Source of the DNA: Proteromonas lacertae
Lineage: Eukaryota
NCBI GenBank assembly: GCA_002245135.1
Contig: NGBS01000039.1
Location: 1 to 57,399, forward strand
Direction: 5' to 3'
Length of the DNA stretch: 57,399 nt
Below, in pieces: positions 1 to 15,029 of this stretch. Below the pieces are notes generated by a model. It made no database searches. It was not told where the DNA came from and saw nothing but the letters and a program-made list of their open reading frames with translations. The position numbers and the translations under genes are program-made. Numbering within the stretch: position 1 is the stretch's first letter; each line of letters begins with the position of its first letter.

Positions 1-2602
1 TACTCTATCTTTATCATTAAGATAATCAATTGTAGTTAAATATGATAATACCATGTCAGTTCCATGCATTGTATAAGCTCCATTTAATGGAATCATGATT
101 AATAATGGAATTGGATTAACTACTTCATGATAATTAGAAGTGACGATATTACATATATCAAAACTTAAATAAACATTAAACCATTGTCTGTAAGTTCTAG
201 CTGGATATTCCTGATACAATTCAGTTAATATCTTAACATCATCACCTTCAGTAGTTACTATATACATTTGATGTAATAAATAATTGTCAGTATCTACTCT
301 CAACTCACCAAATGATGTTGATAGAGGTATAGTTTGAATTAATTCTAAGAATGATTTTGATGATTTTGTTGTAACTACAGAAATAAATGCTTCAAAAGAC
401 AACATTAATATTGCAGCTTCTTCACCTGTTAAAACACCTTCTCCTTGTATATTTCTATTAAATGTATAAATCTTTTGATTAGTATCTTCATTGGCAAATC
501 CATAGATTCTAGCCAAATGTCCTCTTCTTAGATATAATGGTAATACCTGATATACTCTTAAATATGGAGTAACAATTGGATATGACTTTGCCATTTCAGT
601 TGTATCAGTTGCTCCTTCATAATATACTGACATTACTTCAAAATATTTCTGAAATACAATATCTGCTTCTGTTGCCTTTAAATAATTCAATATAACACCA
701 CCAGAAGGCATATATCTTTTGACAGAAGCTAAACCATCACGAATTGTTTGATTCAAACTAGCTTGATCTAAATCACTACCATCAACTACAACCTTATATT
801 CAATAACAGCACTTTGTGATTCAATTGAATCTTTTAGTAGTTTATATTCAGCTGTATCTTCAAATCCTTTTGGTAGAAATAATACAAACTGAGTTGAATA
901 TCTATCAATTAAATATTGAATCATTGCAATTGTTCTTTGAGCTGGAGATGAACCGACTTGAATGATATTACTATAGCAAATACCAGTATCTTCATTCTGA
1001 GTAGATAACATTACTTTCCCCTTTTCTTTTAAATCATCATTATATAATGCATTGGTTGAATTTCCACATTGACTTATTATAAATGAAATAGTATCATCCT
1101 TTAATGATTTTTCTAATCCTTCTTCATCATCACAATATACTTTTATCATAGACTATTTGAATATAATAAAAATAATATATATACATATGGTCTTCCAGAA
1201 TTACCACCATCTGAATTCAATACATTTTGATAATAACTCAACATAAATTGTAGATTTTCTGCATCAGATTTAATCCACAATGCATATCTGTATAAATCAG
1301 ATTCAGTAGTTTCATTACTTATTGAATAATCACATTCATATTGTTTGCCATCACTTGACAATAATGCAGAATATTGAGTAGTATCTATTAAAGCTGTAAT
1401 ACTTAGAGTTATTTTAAATTGTCTATCAGGTAGAACTTGCATTAGAAATGAACCAATAACAGCCATATTCTTTCTTGTTACTTTTGTTGCTCCTAATGGT
1501 AAATCGATTGTTGTTCTATACATCTCCAATCTTACTGTTGATGAATCTGTTGAACCTGAATTCTCTATTGCTGCTCCTAAGAATCGAAGTGCTGAATACA
1601 TTGCATAGGAAACTTCTACAGATAAATAATAAGGTTCACCATATTTAGTTCTTAAGAAATTGTTCCAAGCAATATTACTCTCACTATCATATAAATAGGT
1701 AAAAGAAACTACAAAATATTGTCCTTCAATCTCTTTTGGATCTCCTGAATACTTGCTTAACATTGGTTCTACAATATCTAAAATTGTTACTGGATATTTA
1801 CTGCTATTAAGACTATGATCATATAATTCACTCAATAAATATCTTGTATTCATATGTAGCAAACTGTATATTGCTACACCATTTGGATATTCATCATCTA
1901 ATTTTGTTATAAATCCATCAATATCATCTGTTGAATTAGTGTAATTAGATTTACAGTTCAATATTTGAATTCCTCCTGCTAATGCCATTATATAATCTAC
2001 AATTTTCTCATTTTGTCTATTAAAGCAATATAATATATAATATACTTTGTATATTCAGCAACAATAACACAATCTTTATATTTAGTATAATGATAACCAA
2101 ATACTTTATTCATATAATGATGTGGCATTCTTCCAAACTGAATTACATTCTGTAAACTTTGTTCACCTTCAACAGCATATACTGAAAATAATAATTTATT
2201 ATATTCTAATAAATATGGATGAATTGCTTCTCTTTCTTCATTGGTAGAAGTTCCTATAAATGCTAATACTTCAGGATCATTACCCACTTCTTTAACATAT
2301 TCAACCATTTCTTCAATGCTATGTAATAATGGCTTTACTGCTTTTAAATATCTTCCATTAATGCCATTATAATCATCATTCATTATGGCTATGACTAAAC
2401 TGAAGTATTGATTATAGGAATAAGCATATAAATCAGAAGCATCATTAAATATATTCAGATATACTATCTTATATATTTCTCTGGTTATCTCAACACTATT
2501 ATCCCAACTACATTGTCTTGATAAATCAATAAATGCATGAGTAGGTTCAATATAAGTGGAAGAATCTTGAATGCCAATTGTATTATCACTTTTTATCTAT
2601 AA

Positions 2603-2645
<43 letters not shown>

Positions 2646-5019
2646 TATATTAATACAATTCCTAGTTTAATTGCTCCACTAGCAAATCCATCAGTTGTCC
2701 ATTGTAATATACCTCCTGGTCCAACAACTTTGATATTACCAAAAACAGATTTTAATGAATCATAACTATCGGTATAAACTAATTCAATTGCATTCTTCAT
2801 TAAATAAATATTACTATAAGATAAAGCCATTTGTGATGTAAATTTCAAATTGTTATAACCGTTATACATTGATGTAACATTTTGTTTGAAATATATCTTT
2901 TCATCAGAATCAGTGATTGAATCAAAATAATAACCCATTACATAATGACCTTCCATTGATTTATTTGTTTCTTTCACAATTTCATCAATTAAAACTTCAT
3001 TTAAAGCAAATGACATAATTGGATATCTTGTGGCATTTCTCATTTGTGAATTTAAATAAGCAACATAGAATGGTTTTAAATAGACGAATTCTGTAGCTAA
3101 AACAATCATACAACCTAATAACATTATATTATTATTATAAATGTATATACTTTCATATTCATTACAAGCATCATTTATTTTACTCAATACATTCTCACCA
3201 TTCACTACGTTAGTTCCAACCATTAACTCTGTTTTTACAATATTCAGATTTTTTATGGATTTTTCAACTTCTTCAATTGCTGTTTTTGTATCTAATCCAA
3301 GTCGATCATTACTATATACAACAAACACGTTTGAATATTCTGTTAAAACAGTAAAAACAGATCTTTGAAAATATGCAGAATTAGGAATTGCACCAGTCAT
3401 AATATTTGTTTCACAGAATTCACCTCCTGTTGTTTGAATATTAATCCATATTTCTTTCTGATTAAATACTATTAGATTATATAAAATATGTTTATATATA
3501 TATACACTTATCAATTTGTATTACATCAGCTATTTGCAATGATATATAGAATATAGAAATATCAAATTGTTCATGGTATAAATTCAATAAAGTAATATAT
3601 TCATTATCACTTAAAGCACCATCAATAAATATAGGAACTATTTCTCGTTCTAATAATCCACCATTATCATTAATATCTTTAATCGCAGCTAATGCAGCAT
3701 TCAATGTAAATGATTCATAATAACCTCGTGGATTATCACCTCCATAGAATGATAAAACCATAAAGAAGCCTTCTAATGGTATAAAATCATTAGATGTGAA
3801 TAAATCACAAGTTACATTGAGTGGTTGTCCAAATACTTGAGATGTTGGCATTGTATTTCCTATATCTAATTTTTCATATTTCCATTCTGGATTTGATGTA
3901 TCTGTTACTTTATCATAATAGGCTGAATATAATGGTGAAATAACCCGATGATCTGGAAGCATTGTTATTAATAAACCACTTGCATCTACTTGTTTATTGA
4001 ATAATGCATATCTTAATTGTTCAACAGAAGCACCTTCTAATTCAATCAATTTTTGTGATAATAATTCTAACAATCCATAACTATACATTCATAATTATAA
4101 TTATAATATACAATTCTATTTCTATACTAGTATATCCATTAATATGATTTGCTACACCGAAATTATCATCTAATGCAGTTTTTAGACTTGTTTCATTGTT
4201 TAATTCCTCACCTACAAATTCTATTGTCTCATCTATATTAGTATAAGCTTGATATGCAGTAAGTTGAGCAACATCAAATACGAAATTAACCAACTTCTTA
4301 TCATCAAAAGTGTCAAATGTATCTTTATATATAGTCATAATATCTTCATTAATTGCATACATATTATATATAGCAATACTCAATGTCATATTTGTTGATG
4401 TCATATTACCAGAAACAGCTTCTAAATGAGCTTTTAAAATGTCTTTATCATAATCAGCAAGAAATGAATATGATGATTGACTACCAAATTGAGAAACATA
4501 TTTTACTAACTTTACATTACATTCATTATTCTCACCAATGATTATATTCATTCTATATCTACCTTTAATATGATCAATATCTAATAATTATATAAATTAG
4601 TATATATTCATACAACTATATGCTGAATGACATCTATCATATCCATATATTACATTTTCAAGACAAAGATGACTTGAATCATTTTGGGGAACAAAAATTG
4701 TCACTCCATTTGATGCAGCTATGATATTCACCTTATCCAATGGAAAAGATGGTAAATGCGCATAAATGTACCTAATATTCTTCTTGGCAATTTCGGTTAA
4801 TGTGGAGTTTAAAGAATCAACATCTATTGGTATTGATAATATCTTAATATTTTCAGGTTTCAATTCATAGCCTTTGCCTTCTTTCGCTATATAACTTTCA
4901 ATGTCAGTCTTTAAAACATCAGTCTGATCTTCACATATAAAGCCAATATCCTCTGAATATACCATTCCTAATAATACAAATGTTATCAGAAATATATTTA
5001 TCCTCTTATATATTATCAT
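1..5019 (-). CDS. Large secreted/membrane receptor with tandem type-1 periplasmic-binding (UrtA/AmiC-like Venus flytrap) modules; multi-exon, 3' end runs off the window
   Basis: Signal peptide MIIYKRINIFLITFVLLGMVYS. ORFs 4597-5019, 4081-4551, 3492-4088, 2645-3514, 1997-2383, 1146-1988 and an open frame over 1-1140 join through short GT-AG introns. Repeated UrtA-like motifs include AAIKDINDNGGLLEREIVPIFIDGA, LLFSVYAVEGEQSLQNVIQFG and AAIENSGSTDSSTVR. Confidence 0.75.
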
Positions 5020-5517
5020 TTACACTTTTCTAATCAAAACGATATTTTTTGAATAGCTTGGCTTGTGGTTTCAATCTTATTTTTTTTTTTTTCTTTTTTA
5101 AACGACACTAATTAAATAATCGAAACTAACTCACAGTCACAGTGCCGTTTAGCTAATATATTTGTTTAATCTATATAACCTGTAACTCTCTCAATGATTA
5201 TGTTTATGTCAAAAAAAATCAAAAGAATCGTTGTGCTATTTATTTTATACGCTTAACACCAATACCTTCATAAAGATGCATTATCAAATATAGATCGCCA
5301 GAATGAAAATGAGTTACAGTTGTTTCATTGTTGATATAACATGCTATTAAAAAGCTTTGTGGCTCTAATACTTATTTATTTTTCTTACTTTTTCTGAATA
5401 TTGATTTATATTTATAAAAATGAAGTCTTATTACATTATATAAAACTATAAGTATATGTTGAGTATGATCTCACTGTTTTTAGACTCACCATCTCCATTA
5501 ATCATTACTCAATTTTT

Positions 5518-6912
5518 ATGGAGGAAGAGCTATTAGAAATATACGTATACCTCCCCTATTTTATTATTTGCTGTAGAATAATGGACTAGAGTATTTTAAA
5601 GCTCATAAAACGAATCGTCCTCATTCATATTTGTTGGTAAACATCAGCGATGATTGTAGAACTTTGTTTGACTGTTTATGTCGTATAAATTGATTTTGTT
5701 ATATCATAATAGTGAATAATTACGAGATTTCTGAGTGGCAATATTTTTATTTAAATCTGTGGTCAAAAAACAAATCACAGCCATATATACCTGCAGATAC
5801 ATTGTTAGAGACACTTGGATTACAAAAGATACCATTATTTTCTCTATTTTTTGCTCCCTTCGGTATAATTAAATTATTGTTATAAAATTAAATAGATGGA
5901 GAAGTAGACATTAGTGTCTTTTTAGAATTTATTTGTATATTCACATTTTTTTCAAATCAATTACTCATTCCATGTATAATAATAATAAATATAATATATA
6001 ACTATAGTAATCTTTTCCATAATTGATATTAAAAGTAACAGAGTTATTAATGAATCTCAAGTAAAGAAATTCTTCAGATCTTTAGGAATAGCTTCCAATA
6101 AGATTCAATTTGTGAATCAGTGGCTTAATATAGTAGAAAGAGATAATAACGATTATATATCATTATCATCATTTTATGAATTAATCAATAACAGTGAGAA
6201 TCTCTTTTTACCACTTCACGAATCAAAGATAGTGTTAATAGAAAAAATCATTAGTTATGAAGGTTATAATATAATCATCAAACGAAGATCATTTTACCGA
6301 TTATACAGACAAAATAATAACAAAGACACTTTAAGTTACAGTAGTATAAATGGAGTTAGTAGAGTAAATTCAACAATTGTATTACCTCATGAGAGATGTT
6401 GGGAAGAGTTCTATCGTGTTGCAGTCAAGCATAAACCAAACCCATATTACTGTGATTATTTAACTTGTGATTTTCAAGCTACTAATGAAGTGTATTTATA
6501 TCATTTAAGACAAAGATATGGTTATAGTAAAAGATTAAATCCAAGTTTCATAAAGAGTGGAAGTATGAGTAGAAGAGAATTAAGTGCCAGATCCAAGCAT
6601 TCTTCATTACAAACAAGTAGAAAGAATAAAATGACAGTAAATGGAATTCCATTAAGATCAGCTAGATCAGAAACTGGTAAAGATAGTGGAAATGGTAATA
6701 CAGAAAGTGGTAGTAGTAGTACAACTGGGATTAATAACAATAATAATAGCAAAGATGTTAGTTGTTTAAGTATCAACCATCAAGCCTTTTCAAATGATTG
6801 TAGAAGTGCAATTAAGAGTATTGAGAATAAACCATCTATTAGTAATGGGATATATTATAGTCATTTTTCAAATTAAGTTCTTCCTGTTGATTTTTCAATT
6901 AAAAATGTTTAA
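5518..6912 (+). CDS. Degenerate EF-hand (calcineurin B/NCS-like) protein with Cys/Tyr motif and Ser-rich tail; paralog A
   Basis: ATG at 5518; five GT-AG introns splice in frame. EF-like loops DGEVDISVFLEF, DIKSNRVINESQV and ERDNNDYISLSSF. Family motif PHERCWEEF...PNPYYCDY. Ends ILPVDFSIKNV* after intron 6842-6877. Confidence 0.6.
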
Positions 6913-7029
6913 GAGTATAGTTTTATTGAGATTTAAATAAATTAAGAAATATAGAATTATAGTTATATATATATATAATATTATTTATGTTTTTTTTCAT
7001 TAAAAATATAAAATAGAACAGTTAAATAA

Positions 7030-8764
7030 TTACAGTAAAAATGGATCAATATCTAGTTTATGATTAGGATGGTTTTCTCTCATTCTACTTTTAAAATCTT
7101 GATAATTTGATATATTATTATTTTCAGTCCATAATTTCACAAGCTTTTTACATTTAGGTATATTTTTTAATAGTATTTCACTTCCAACATTATCTATTTC
7201 ATTATTATCCAACGACAATCTTTTCAGCTTTGGTAAATCAACAATTCTTTCACATAAATATATCACTCCTTCATTACCTATCTTATTACCATGTAAGTAT
7301 AAATGTCTTAAATTAGAAATATCTTTAAAATATAGACTTAATTGTAGCATATCGAAATCACCTAATCCACAACCTATACAATAATAATAAGTAAAAAAGT
7401 ATTAATCAATACATCCCAATCCTAATCTTTCAATTTAGAAATGAAATGAAGATTTTCTAAAAAAACTTTAAGAGTATTATTACCAATTGGATTATAATTA
7501 AAATAGAGTATCTCCAAATTTGGAAAATATCTCAAGCATTCTGAGAATAAATTTAATCCAATTCCAGATAATCCATTATCTAAATATATAATATTATATA
7601 AGAATAACATCATTATACATTTCAAAAAAATAGCTGTTACATTCTTCATTGAGTGTAATATACTACAGAGATATTTCATTCCATCATCTTCTAATCCAAC
7701 TATTTATATATATTCAAATATTCTTTATTATTAATACCTCTTTCAAAATCTAACTCATTTCCTTTTTCTTTTATACATTCATCAACTATAGTATCAATTC
7801 TATATTCTATGATTTATATAATATTAGTATATATATACTAATTTCTGAATTAACAAAGATTTGTTCAATTTCAAACGACTTTACAGGAGATTTTGGTTGT
7901 GTTTGAATGGGAACTGCAATAAATGGAGGTTTTTGTGATTCTATATTCTTTCTTACCATCCTGAATTGATCAACAACTTCATCTAACTTTAAACGATATT
8001 TCTTTTCTTTATAAAGCATTCTTCTTAAAAATAGGTTTATTTCATGACTGCATTGGCATTCTAAGGGAATATATTTTATGTATCGAATATTCTCTAACGT
8101 TTCATACATGTTTGAACCAAGAAATAGAAACTTACCACTAATCATATAATAAAATATAAGTGCAAAATTCCAAATATCACTTGAAATATCTAATTCTTTT
8201 CCTAACAACTCATCAATGGAAACAAAACATAGATCTTCCTTTTTCAATCCTTGTTTTCCTTCTCTTTCTTTATATAATAGGTTATTGCAATAATCATTTA
8301 TAACAACTTCATCATAATCTGTTAAGAATATATTTGAAGGTTTCAAATCACTGTGAATAGTTCCATATCCATTTAAAAACATTAATAAAGTTAAAAGTCC
8401 ATCTAATACAATTAATCTATCATTTACTTTCATATATTCAAAGGGATTTACTTCATCAAAATGAATTTTATAATCATCCATCACTCTATATAACATATTG
8501 TCATTAATTTCAATGATTATGTATTGCATTAAACCATTTACACACATATTGTTTATTACTTTCATTATTCTTACTACTTCACTGACTATTTTTGAATCTA
8601 ACTCACTAACGTCTGTAACTTTTAATATTCTCTTTGAACCATCATTTATACCTCGGATTTTACATGTTTCATTAACTCTATGATGAGCTGAAAACTAAAT
8701 ATAGAAAATTAATTAACTATACCTCATATTTATGATTATTTAACCAAGTAGCAAGTGAATTCAT
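7030..8764 (-). CDS. Pseudokinase (NEK-like fold) plus C-terminal RI-like LRRs; paralog 1
   Basis: Starts MNSLATWLNNHKYE. HSDLKPSN catalytic loop, DFG replaced by NDY, SDIWNFAL. LRRs LxxLxLxxNxIGxxG in ORFs 7422-7679 and 7030-7350. Confidence 0.8.
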
Positions 8765-9012
8765 TTTATCCTACCAATAATAACTAATACAGCTATAAGA
8801 ACAAGATTTGAAAATTTGAATTATCAAGCTTTTGATTTTGGCTTGAATACATATTTTACATATATTAACACCAATAATCATAACGACACTATATATGTTG
8901 ATATGTTGTTTAATTATCTTTCAAAATCAATAACAATTTATAAAATTAAATTCTTTACTTAACAAAAATTAAATATGTTTTACATTATACATCACATCTA
9001 TATTATCTAAAA

Positions 9013-9710
9013 TTACCATGGATCAATTTCTAGTCTTACACAAGGATGTTTATGTTTTACATTTCTTTTAAAATCATAATAATGTGATATTTTGTTATGA
9101 TGAATAGATAAAGAATGTAATTTTCTACATTTAGGAAGATATTTAATAAGCATTTCTCCTCCAACATCAGAAATTTCATTATTATTCAATGACAATTGCT
9201 GTAATTTATGTATTTTGTTTATATTACTACACATATATCTTATTCCTTCATCACTAATTCTATTGTCTATTTATTATTACTATTCAATAAAAATACTATG
9301 TAAATAAAGACATTCCAAATATATAATGTTTTTAAAATGTGAACTTAAATATTCTAAGTCACAATCTCCTAACTCACAACCTAAAAAATAATAATAATAA
9401 TAATAATCAATACTTCCTAACCCCAGAATCTTTAATTTAGAAATGTAATGAAGATTCTCTGAAAAGAGCTGTAAACTATCATCACCAATTGGATTATGAT
9501 TCAACCACAATTGTTCCAAGTTGTTAAAGCACTTTAAACATTCAGAGAATATATCTAATCCTATTGAAGTTAATCCATTATCTATAAAATATATTTCTTC
9601 ATAAAAATATACATCTCATTTTAATGCTTGTTATGTTTTTCATTCTTTCTAACTTTGAAGATACATACTTCATCCCTTCATCTTGCACAGATTCTGTGTT
9701 AGATATATAA

Positions 9711-9754
<44 letters not shown>

Positions 9755-10775
9755 CTATTTTCAAAATCCAATTCATTTCTCTTTTTCATTCTACATTCAT
9801 CAAATACAACATCGATTATATTTTCTATTCATGAAAAATCGTATAAAATTAATCATACTCATCTCTTCAGATATTTTTATATCTTCTGCTACTATTGGAA
9901 TAACTTCAACTTTAGGATGAGGTTTATTTAAATCTATTAATATTAAATCATCTTAATAATAATATCTATACCATCTAAAAAGTCAATAATTTCATCCAAC
10001 TTTAAACGATTTTGTTTTTCTTTAATAAGTATTCTCTTCAAAATTTTGTTTAATTCATAACTACCTAATTCACATTCCAATCTTTTATATTTTATATTCT
10101 TTATATTCTCTATTGTCTCAGAAGTATTTGAACCTTGAAAAGGGTATTTACCACTTATTATATAGTAGAACACTACTCCAAAATTCCATATATCACTTGA
10201 AATATCTAACTCTTCTCCTAACAATTCATCAATACAAACAAAACATAAATCATTTTCATGTATTCTTTTCATTCCTCCTATATACAACAGGTTATTTAAA
10301 TAATTACTCACAACAACTATATTTCATCATTTATAAAGACATTCGATGGTTTTACATCGCTATGAATTGTGTTTACTTTATGTAATATCTTTAATGCCAT
10401 CAATATTCCATTTAATACTTCAAATAATCCTCCATAATCAAAACATTTCTTTGGGTTTATTTCATCTAAATGTATTTTATATTCTTTCATGATTCTATAG
10501 AACATATTGTGATAAACTTCTATTTTTTTATATTTCATTAGACCTTCTATATTTAGACTGTTTATTGCAACCATCGTTTCTACTACATTAGAATAGATTT
10601 TTGGATTTAGTTCAGTCACATCAACCACTTTCAATATTCTCGTTGAACTGTCATTTGTGCATTGTATTTTATATATTGTATTGCTATTATTATTCTCTAT
10701 TAACTAAGTAAAATATAACTTACGTTCATATACATTATAATTGTGTTTACTTAACCATTTGAAAAGGGAATGCAT
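9013..10775 (-). CDS. Pseudokinase plus RI-like LRRs; paralog 2, tandem duplicate of 7030-8764, with one apparent frameshift at ~10320
   Basis: Starts MHSLFKWLSKHNYN. HSDVKPSN; DLCFVCIDELLGEELDISSDIWNFG is nearly identical to paralog 1; ends LEIDPW. Adding one A at ~10322 gives FINDENIVVVSNY, which aligns with FLTDYDEVVINDY in paralog 1. Confidence 0.75.
9714..9750. repeat. (AT)n microsatellite inside an intron
   Basis: Run of TA dinucleotides within an intron of pseudokinase-LRR paralog 2. Confidence 0.85.
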
Positions 10776-11029
10776 TGCTTATTTACTAATTACAAACTCA
10801 ATAACAACAGTTATAGAGTATTTCCAATAATAAATATTATTAGCTAAACGAAAATTCTTAAAAATTTATGAATAGTGAATAATTTTGAAATTACAACGTA
10901 AAGACTGAATTACTGCATTATTTAAAATACTCTACATCATTTAAAATACACTAATGAAAGTTAGAACAATAGTTTATAAAATTTAAGCTTGATGAACAGC
11001 TCGAGTTTTTTTCAGTTATATTTTTTTTC

Positions 11030-12245
11030 ATGGAATGTGATTTCGATAGTGTGAATATATTAGTATTATCCTCTTGTATTAACCTCATAGAGTAATGGTC
11101 TCAAGTATTACAACGAAAATAAGAAGAAAAGGCCTTTTTCGTATTTATTAGTTGAGTTAGATAGTGATTGTACTTATATATTGGAGAAACTATATGGTAT
11201 AAGTGGCTTAATATATTAATACTAGTAAATAATTATGAAGTTTCTGAATGGGAAGTGCATTATCTTAGTGAGTGGAACAAACATCCAGAAAATGATTATA
11301 TAACTACCCTCAATTTTTTCAAATCTTTAGGTATATCAAATATCCCAATTTTGCAAATGTATTTTAATCCTTTCAGTATAAATACATTTATTATATATAT
11401 TTATATATCTATATATAGAAGGTAAAATATCCTTATCTAGATATATAGAGTTTATAAGTATATTTACATTTTTCACTCCTCTTCAACTCCTACCATTGCT
11501 TTTATCAATATGTGAAGTAAAGAATGATAGAATAATAAAAATCGAAGAAATAAAGAAATTTCTAAGAATATTGAATGTTGCTCCAGATTTGTCAAACCAC
11601 ATATTAACAATGACCAAAAATGATAAACATATAAAGAGAAATGATACAATAACAATCTCCTCATTCTATTCAATAATCATTCAAAACTTGACAGTGTTTG
11701 ATCCTTTATTTACATTAAAAGAAAGAATTATTAATAAAATCATTCAAAGTGACATTTACAGTAAAATTGTAAAGAGAAAATTATATTATAACGTTTTACC
11801 ACCTCATTCAAAACCTCCAAGAGAAGATTGTTTAGAATATTTAACTCGTTCTTTATTTACTAGTGATCCTCCTCCTTTCTATTATGATTATGAACCAATT
11901 ACACGTAATGAATTACCTGATGATATGTTGTATAGGATAAGATGTAGATTTGGGTTTGTCCCAAAGAAACATACAATTGCGGCATCTACTTCTATGGATA
12001 ATTATGCTGTGTCTAAATCAGTTAGTGATAATAATCTTAATGCTCATACTACAATGAAATTGAAGAAGAAGTATTATTCTCAACTGAAATTGCCAATTAC
12101 TAAATCATGTGATTGTAGTCCAATGACAATTAAAGAAAATTCTCAAACTTCTGTTAATAATATCTTGAAGATGAAATATGCTGAAGTATCAAGTAAACCT
12201 AAAATAGTTCCAATTGAATTTTCTGTTGCAGAAGTTCCAGATTAG
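11030..12245 (+). CDS. Degenerate EF-hand family protein; paralog B
   Basis: ATG at 11030; first three introns at the same positions as in paralog A. NNYEVSEW matches NNYEISEW. Motif PPREDCLEYL...PPPFYYDY. Ends KPKIVPIEFSVAEVPD. Confidence 0.65.
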
Positions 12246-12417
12246 GTTATTATTATTATTTAGTTTATGGATATAGAATACTATATTTATGTTTGTATTA
12301 TCATGTTTTTTTTATTTTTTGAAACGAAAATAACTGATAAATATGAAACGAATATTTTTCTACTTTTAGATTTTGAATATTTATATAAACTAATCAAAAG
12401 AATAACAATTTTGAGTT

Positions 12418-13641
12418 ATGTCGATTAACTCATCATTAGATGCTTCACAGAACAGAAAACAGGATGATATAATTCAACATTTCTCAGAAATAACAGACCT
12501 AGTATGAATATTCGATATAATATGGGTTTCTAGGTGAATGCTTATAAATTATCCAGGTCCTTTATGTCACATAAGAAAGACCGTTTATATATTCCGCTTA
12601 TATCAAAATGTAGACTTATTTGTCAAACATTTTATTGTATTGTATTTGTATTATCCATTTAATAGTTAATATATATGATGCTAATTCCATTTGTGAAAAA
12701 TATCTCTCAATGTGGATTAAAAACACTTCTCAATCACATATTTCTCTAACAACATTATCAACAGAGTATGATTTAGTTAAATACAATATTCTGCCAATAT
12801 TCTTCCAAGAAGGGAAAGTATATTATGAAACATTTTTTCAATTCATTTGCGTTTTTGTTTTTTTTAATTATCAACAAATCATTTCATTGTTATTGTCAAT
12901 GTGTTATGTGCAGAGTAATTTCATCATTACAGACGTATATATATATATAATATATATATATATATATACTGTATAGGAACAAATAAAGAAGTTTTGTTTT
13001 TTATTTGAAGATACATTTTATAAGAATTTCAATCCCGAAATTTCATTATCAGATGCAGTTATGAGTATACCAGAGTATATATATATATTTACATATATTA
13101 ATAATAATAATATAGTTTATCCAGTAAAGCATATTCAATCAAAGCATTTACCAATTACTTATACACTTCACCATCCTTTCAAAATAGTTTATCAAATTTA
13201 AAAATGAAAATATTAAAAAATACCCTTTCATTAAGACATTATAATATAATAGTTCAAAGACATTATTTTTTCCAGCATAATAGTAACGTCTTATGTATTG
13301 AACCACCTAAAGAACCTTGTAGTGAAAAACTAGTTAGAATTATAACTTCATCCAAGCCATATCCCTATCATTACGATTTTAGTCTTGTTAATGATGCGCC
13401 AGATAGTGTAGATACTTTATTATTTACTATTAAACAATGTTATGGGTATGGATATAGAGGTTCGACAATGGTTCGAGCTTCAAGATTGAGAAAAATGACT
13501 TGCGATTCGAGTGAAGCGTTGTCTTCATGTTCTCCGAAGTGTTCATCTGTTGGGAGAATATCATTAATGAAGATGAGGACGAAGAGTAAAGCTCTTTCAA
13601 AATCAAATAGAAATAGTACGAAGGAAGTAGTATTGAATTAG
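12418..13641 (+). CDS. Degenerate EF-hand family protein; paralog C
   Basis: ATG at 12418, multi-exon. GKVYYETFFQFICVF; motif PPKEPCSEKL...PYPYHYDF...LLFTIKQCYGY. Confidence 0.55.
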
Positions 13642-13760
13642 TATTTTAGAAGCATATATATATTTAATAACTTATTTTACTATTAAGTATTCTTTTAGTA
13701 TTTGATGATGTTTTTTAAAGGAATTTTAAAACAAATCATAATTACACATAAAAATAACCC

Positions 13761-14912
13761 TTATTCTTTAATAAATCTATCTATTATTTCACTTATTTCA
13801 AATATCCTAGTATGAATAAATGAATGAGAACTATTTTTAACAGTATAAAACTTACCAGAAGGTATTATATTCTGTAAAATAGAATAATTCTCATAATTCA
13901 CAATCTTATCTTCATCTCCCCACAGAACTAATGTTGGAATATGATTACTTTCAATCGATTCATAATCCTCTCGATTATCTTTTGATATTAAATACCTCGA
14001 AGTGGAGAAGAAAGATCGCATAAAACCAGGACTGTATCTGATTTGTTTCTTATTAAAATCTGAATGTTTCTATTAAAATTATAAATATTAATAAATATGT
14101 AAAATATATAATACTTTAATTAATTCTTTATAATGTATTTCTTCTGTTTTTGTGAAATTATTTTTATAAATATAATAATTAAATGGAGGATAAACTAATA
14201 CTCCAATATCTTCAGATAATTCTCGAATTACTGGTAATAAACTGAAATATTGAATGATTGGTTTCTTTACTTTCACTCCAAAAGGAGCCATTAATAATAA
14301 TTTTGATACTTTGTGAGGATAAAGTGAAGCATAATGCGATACTACTGCTCCACCCATAGATACTCCACCCAGTATGATTTTATTACAATTTATTTCATTT
14401 TCTAAGTATATTAATAAATCGTTTATTTGTGAAGTGAATAAACCTAAATCATTGGGTAGATCTGGCGAATCTGAACCTCCTCTTCCATATAAATCCATTA
14501 ACAATATTCTATAACCATATTTCAATAATTGATTGGATAAAGGTTCTAGCGCAGTTAAACCTGATGAAATTCCGTGAATTAGTACAACTAATGGAAAATC
14601 TTTATCTAATTATATTTTATGATAGAAAAATAATACTTTCAATATTAAAACCTAAAGGATCTATGAAAAGAATGAAATGAAATTATTAAAAATACTTAGT
14701 AATCTATAATGGGTCATTCCATTAGATAGTTTGCAGAAGTTTCCTTCACATTCACCTAAAAGTACACTTGAAGGTCTAAGATTTCCTCTACTCTAACAAA
14801 TTAATTATATATATCATTATACTTGATGCCACCATATGTAAACAACTATGATTAGCAAACTACAAAACAGAATCACCCAAAAATTATTGAAGCCAGTGAA
14901 TAAATAGAACAT
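13761..14912 (-). CDS. Alpha/beta-fold hydrolase with N-terminal membrane anchor
   Basis: Hydrophobic N-terminus (WVILFCSLLIIVVYIWW); motifs VVLIHG, DLYGRGGSD, nucleophile elbow GVSMGG, LVLWGDEDKIV and catalytic His in NSSHSF. Four GT-AG introns. Confidence 0.85.
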
Positions 14913-15029
14913 GAAACATCAAACAGAATTCAAGCCTACTCATATTTTAAACTTCCCCAAAACAACAACAGACTAATTCATAGGAGTAATATAATGAGAT
15001 ATAAGGAGCGAAATATTCAGAAATCAACT

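Noticed and set aside
2571..2765. Poly-Leu membrane peptide ORF
   Set aside because: It arises from a (TTA)n/(AAT)n microsatellite in an intron of the minus-strand receptor.
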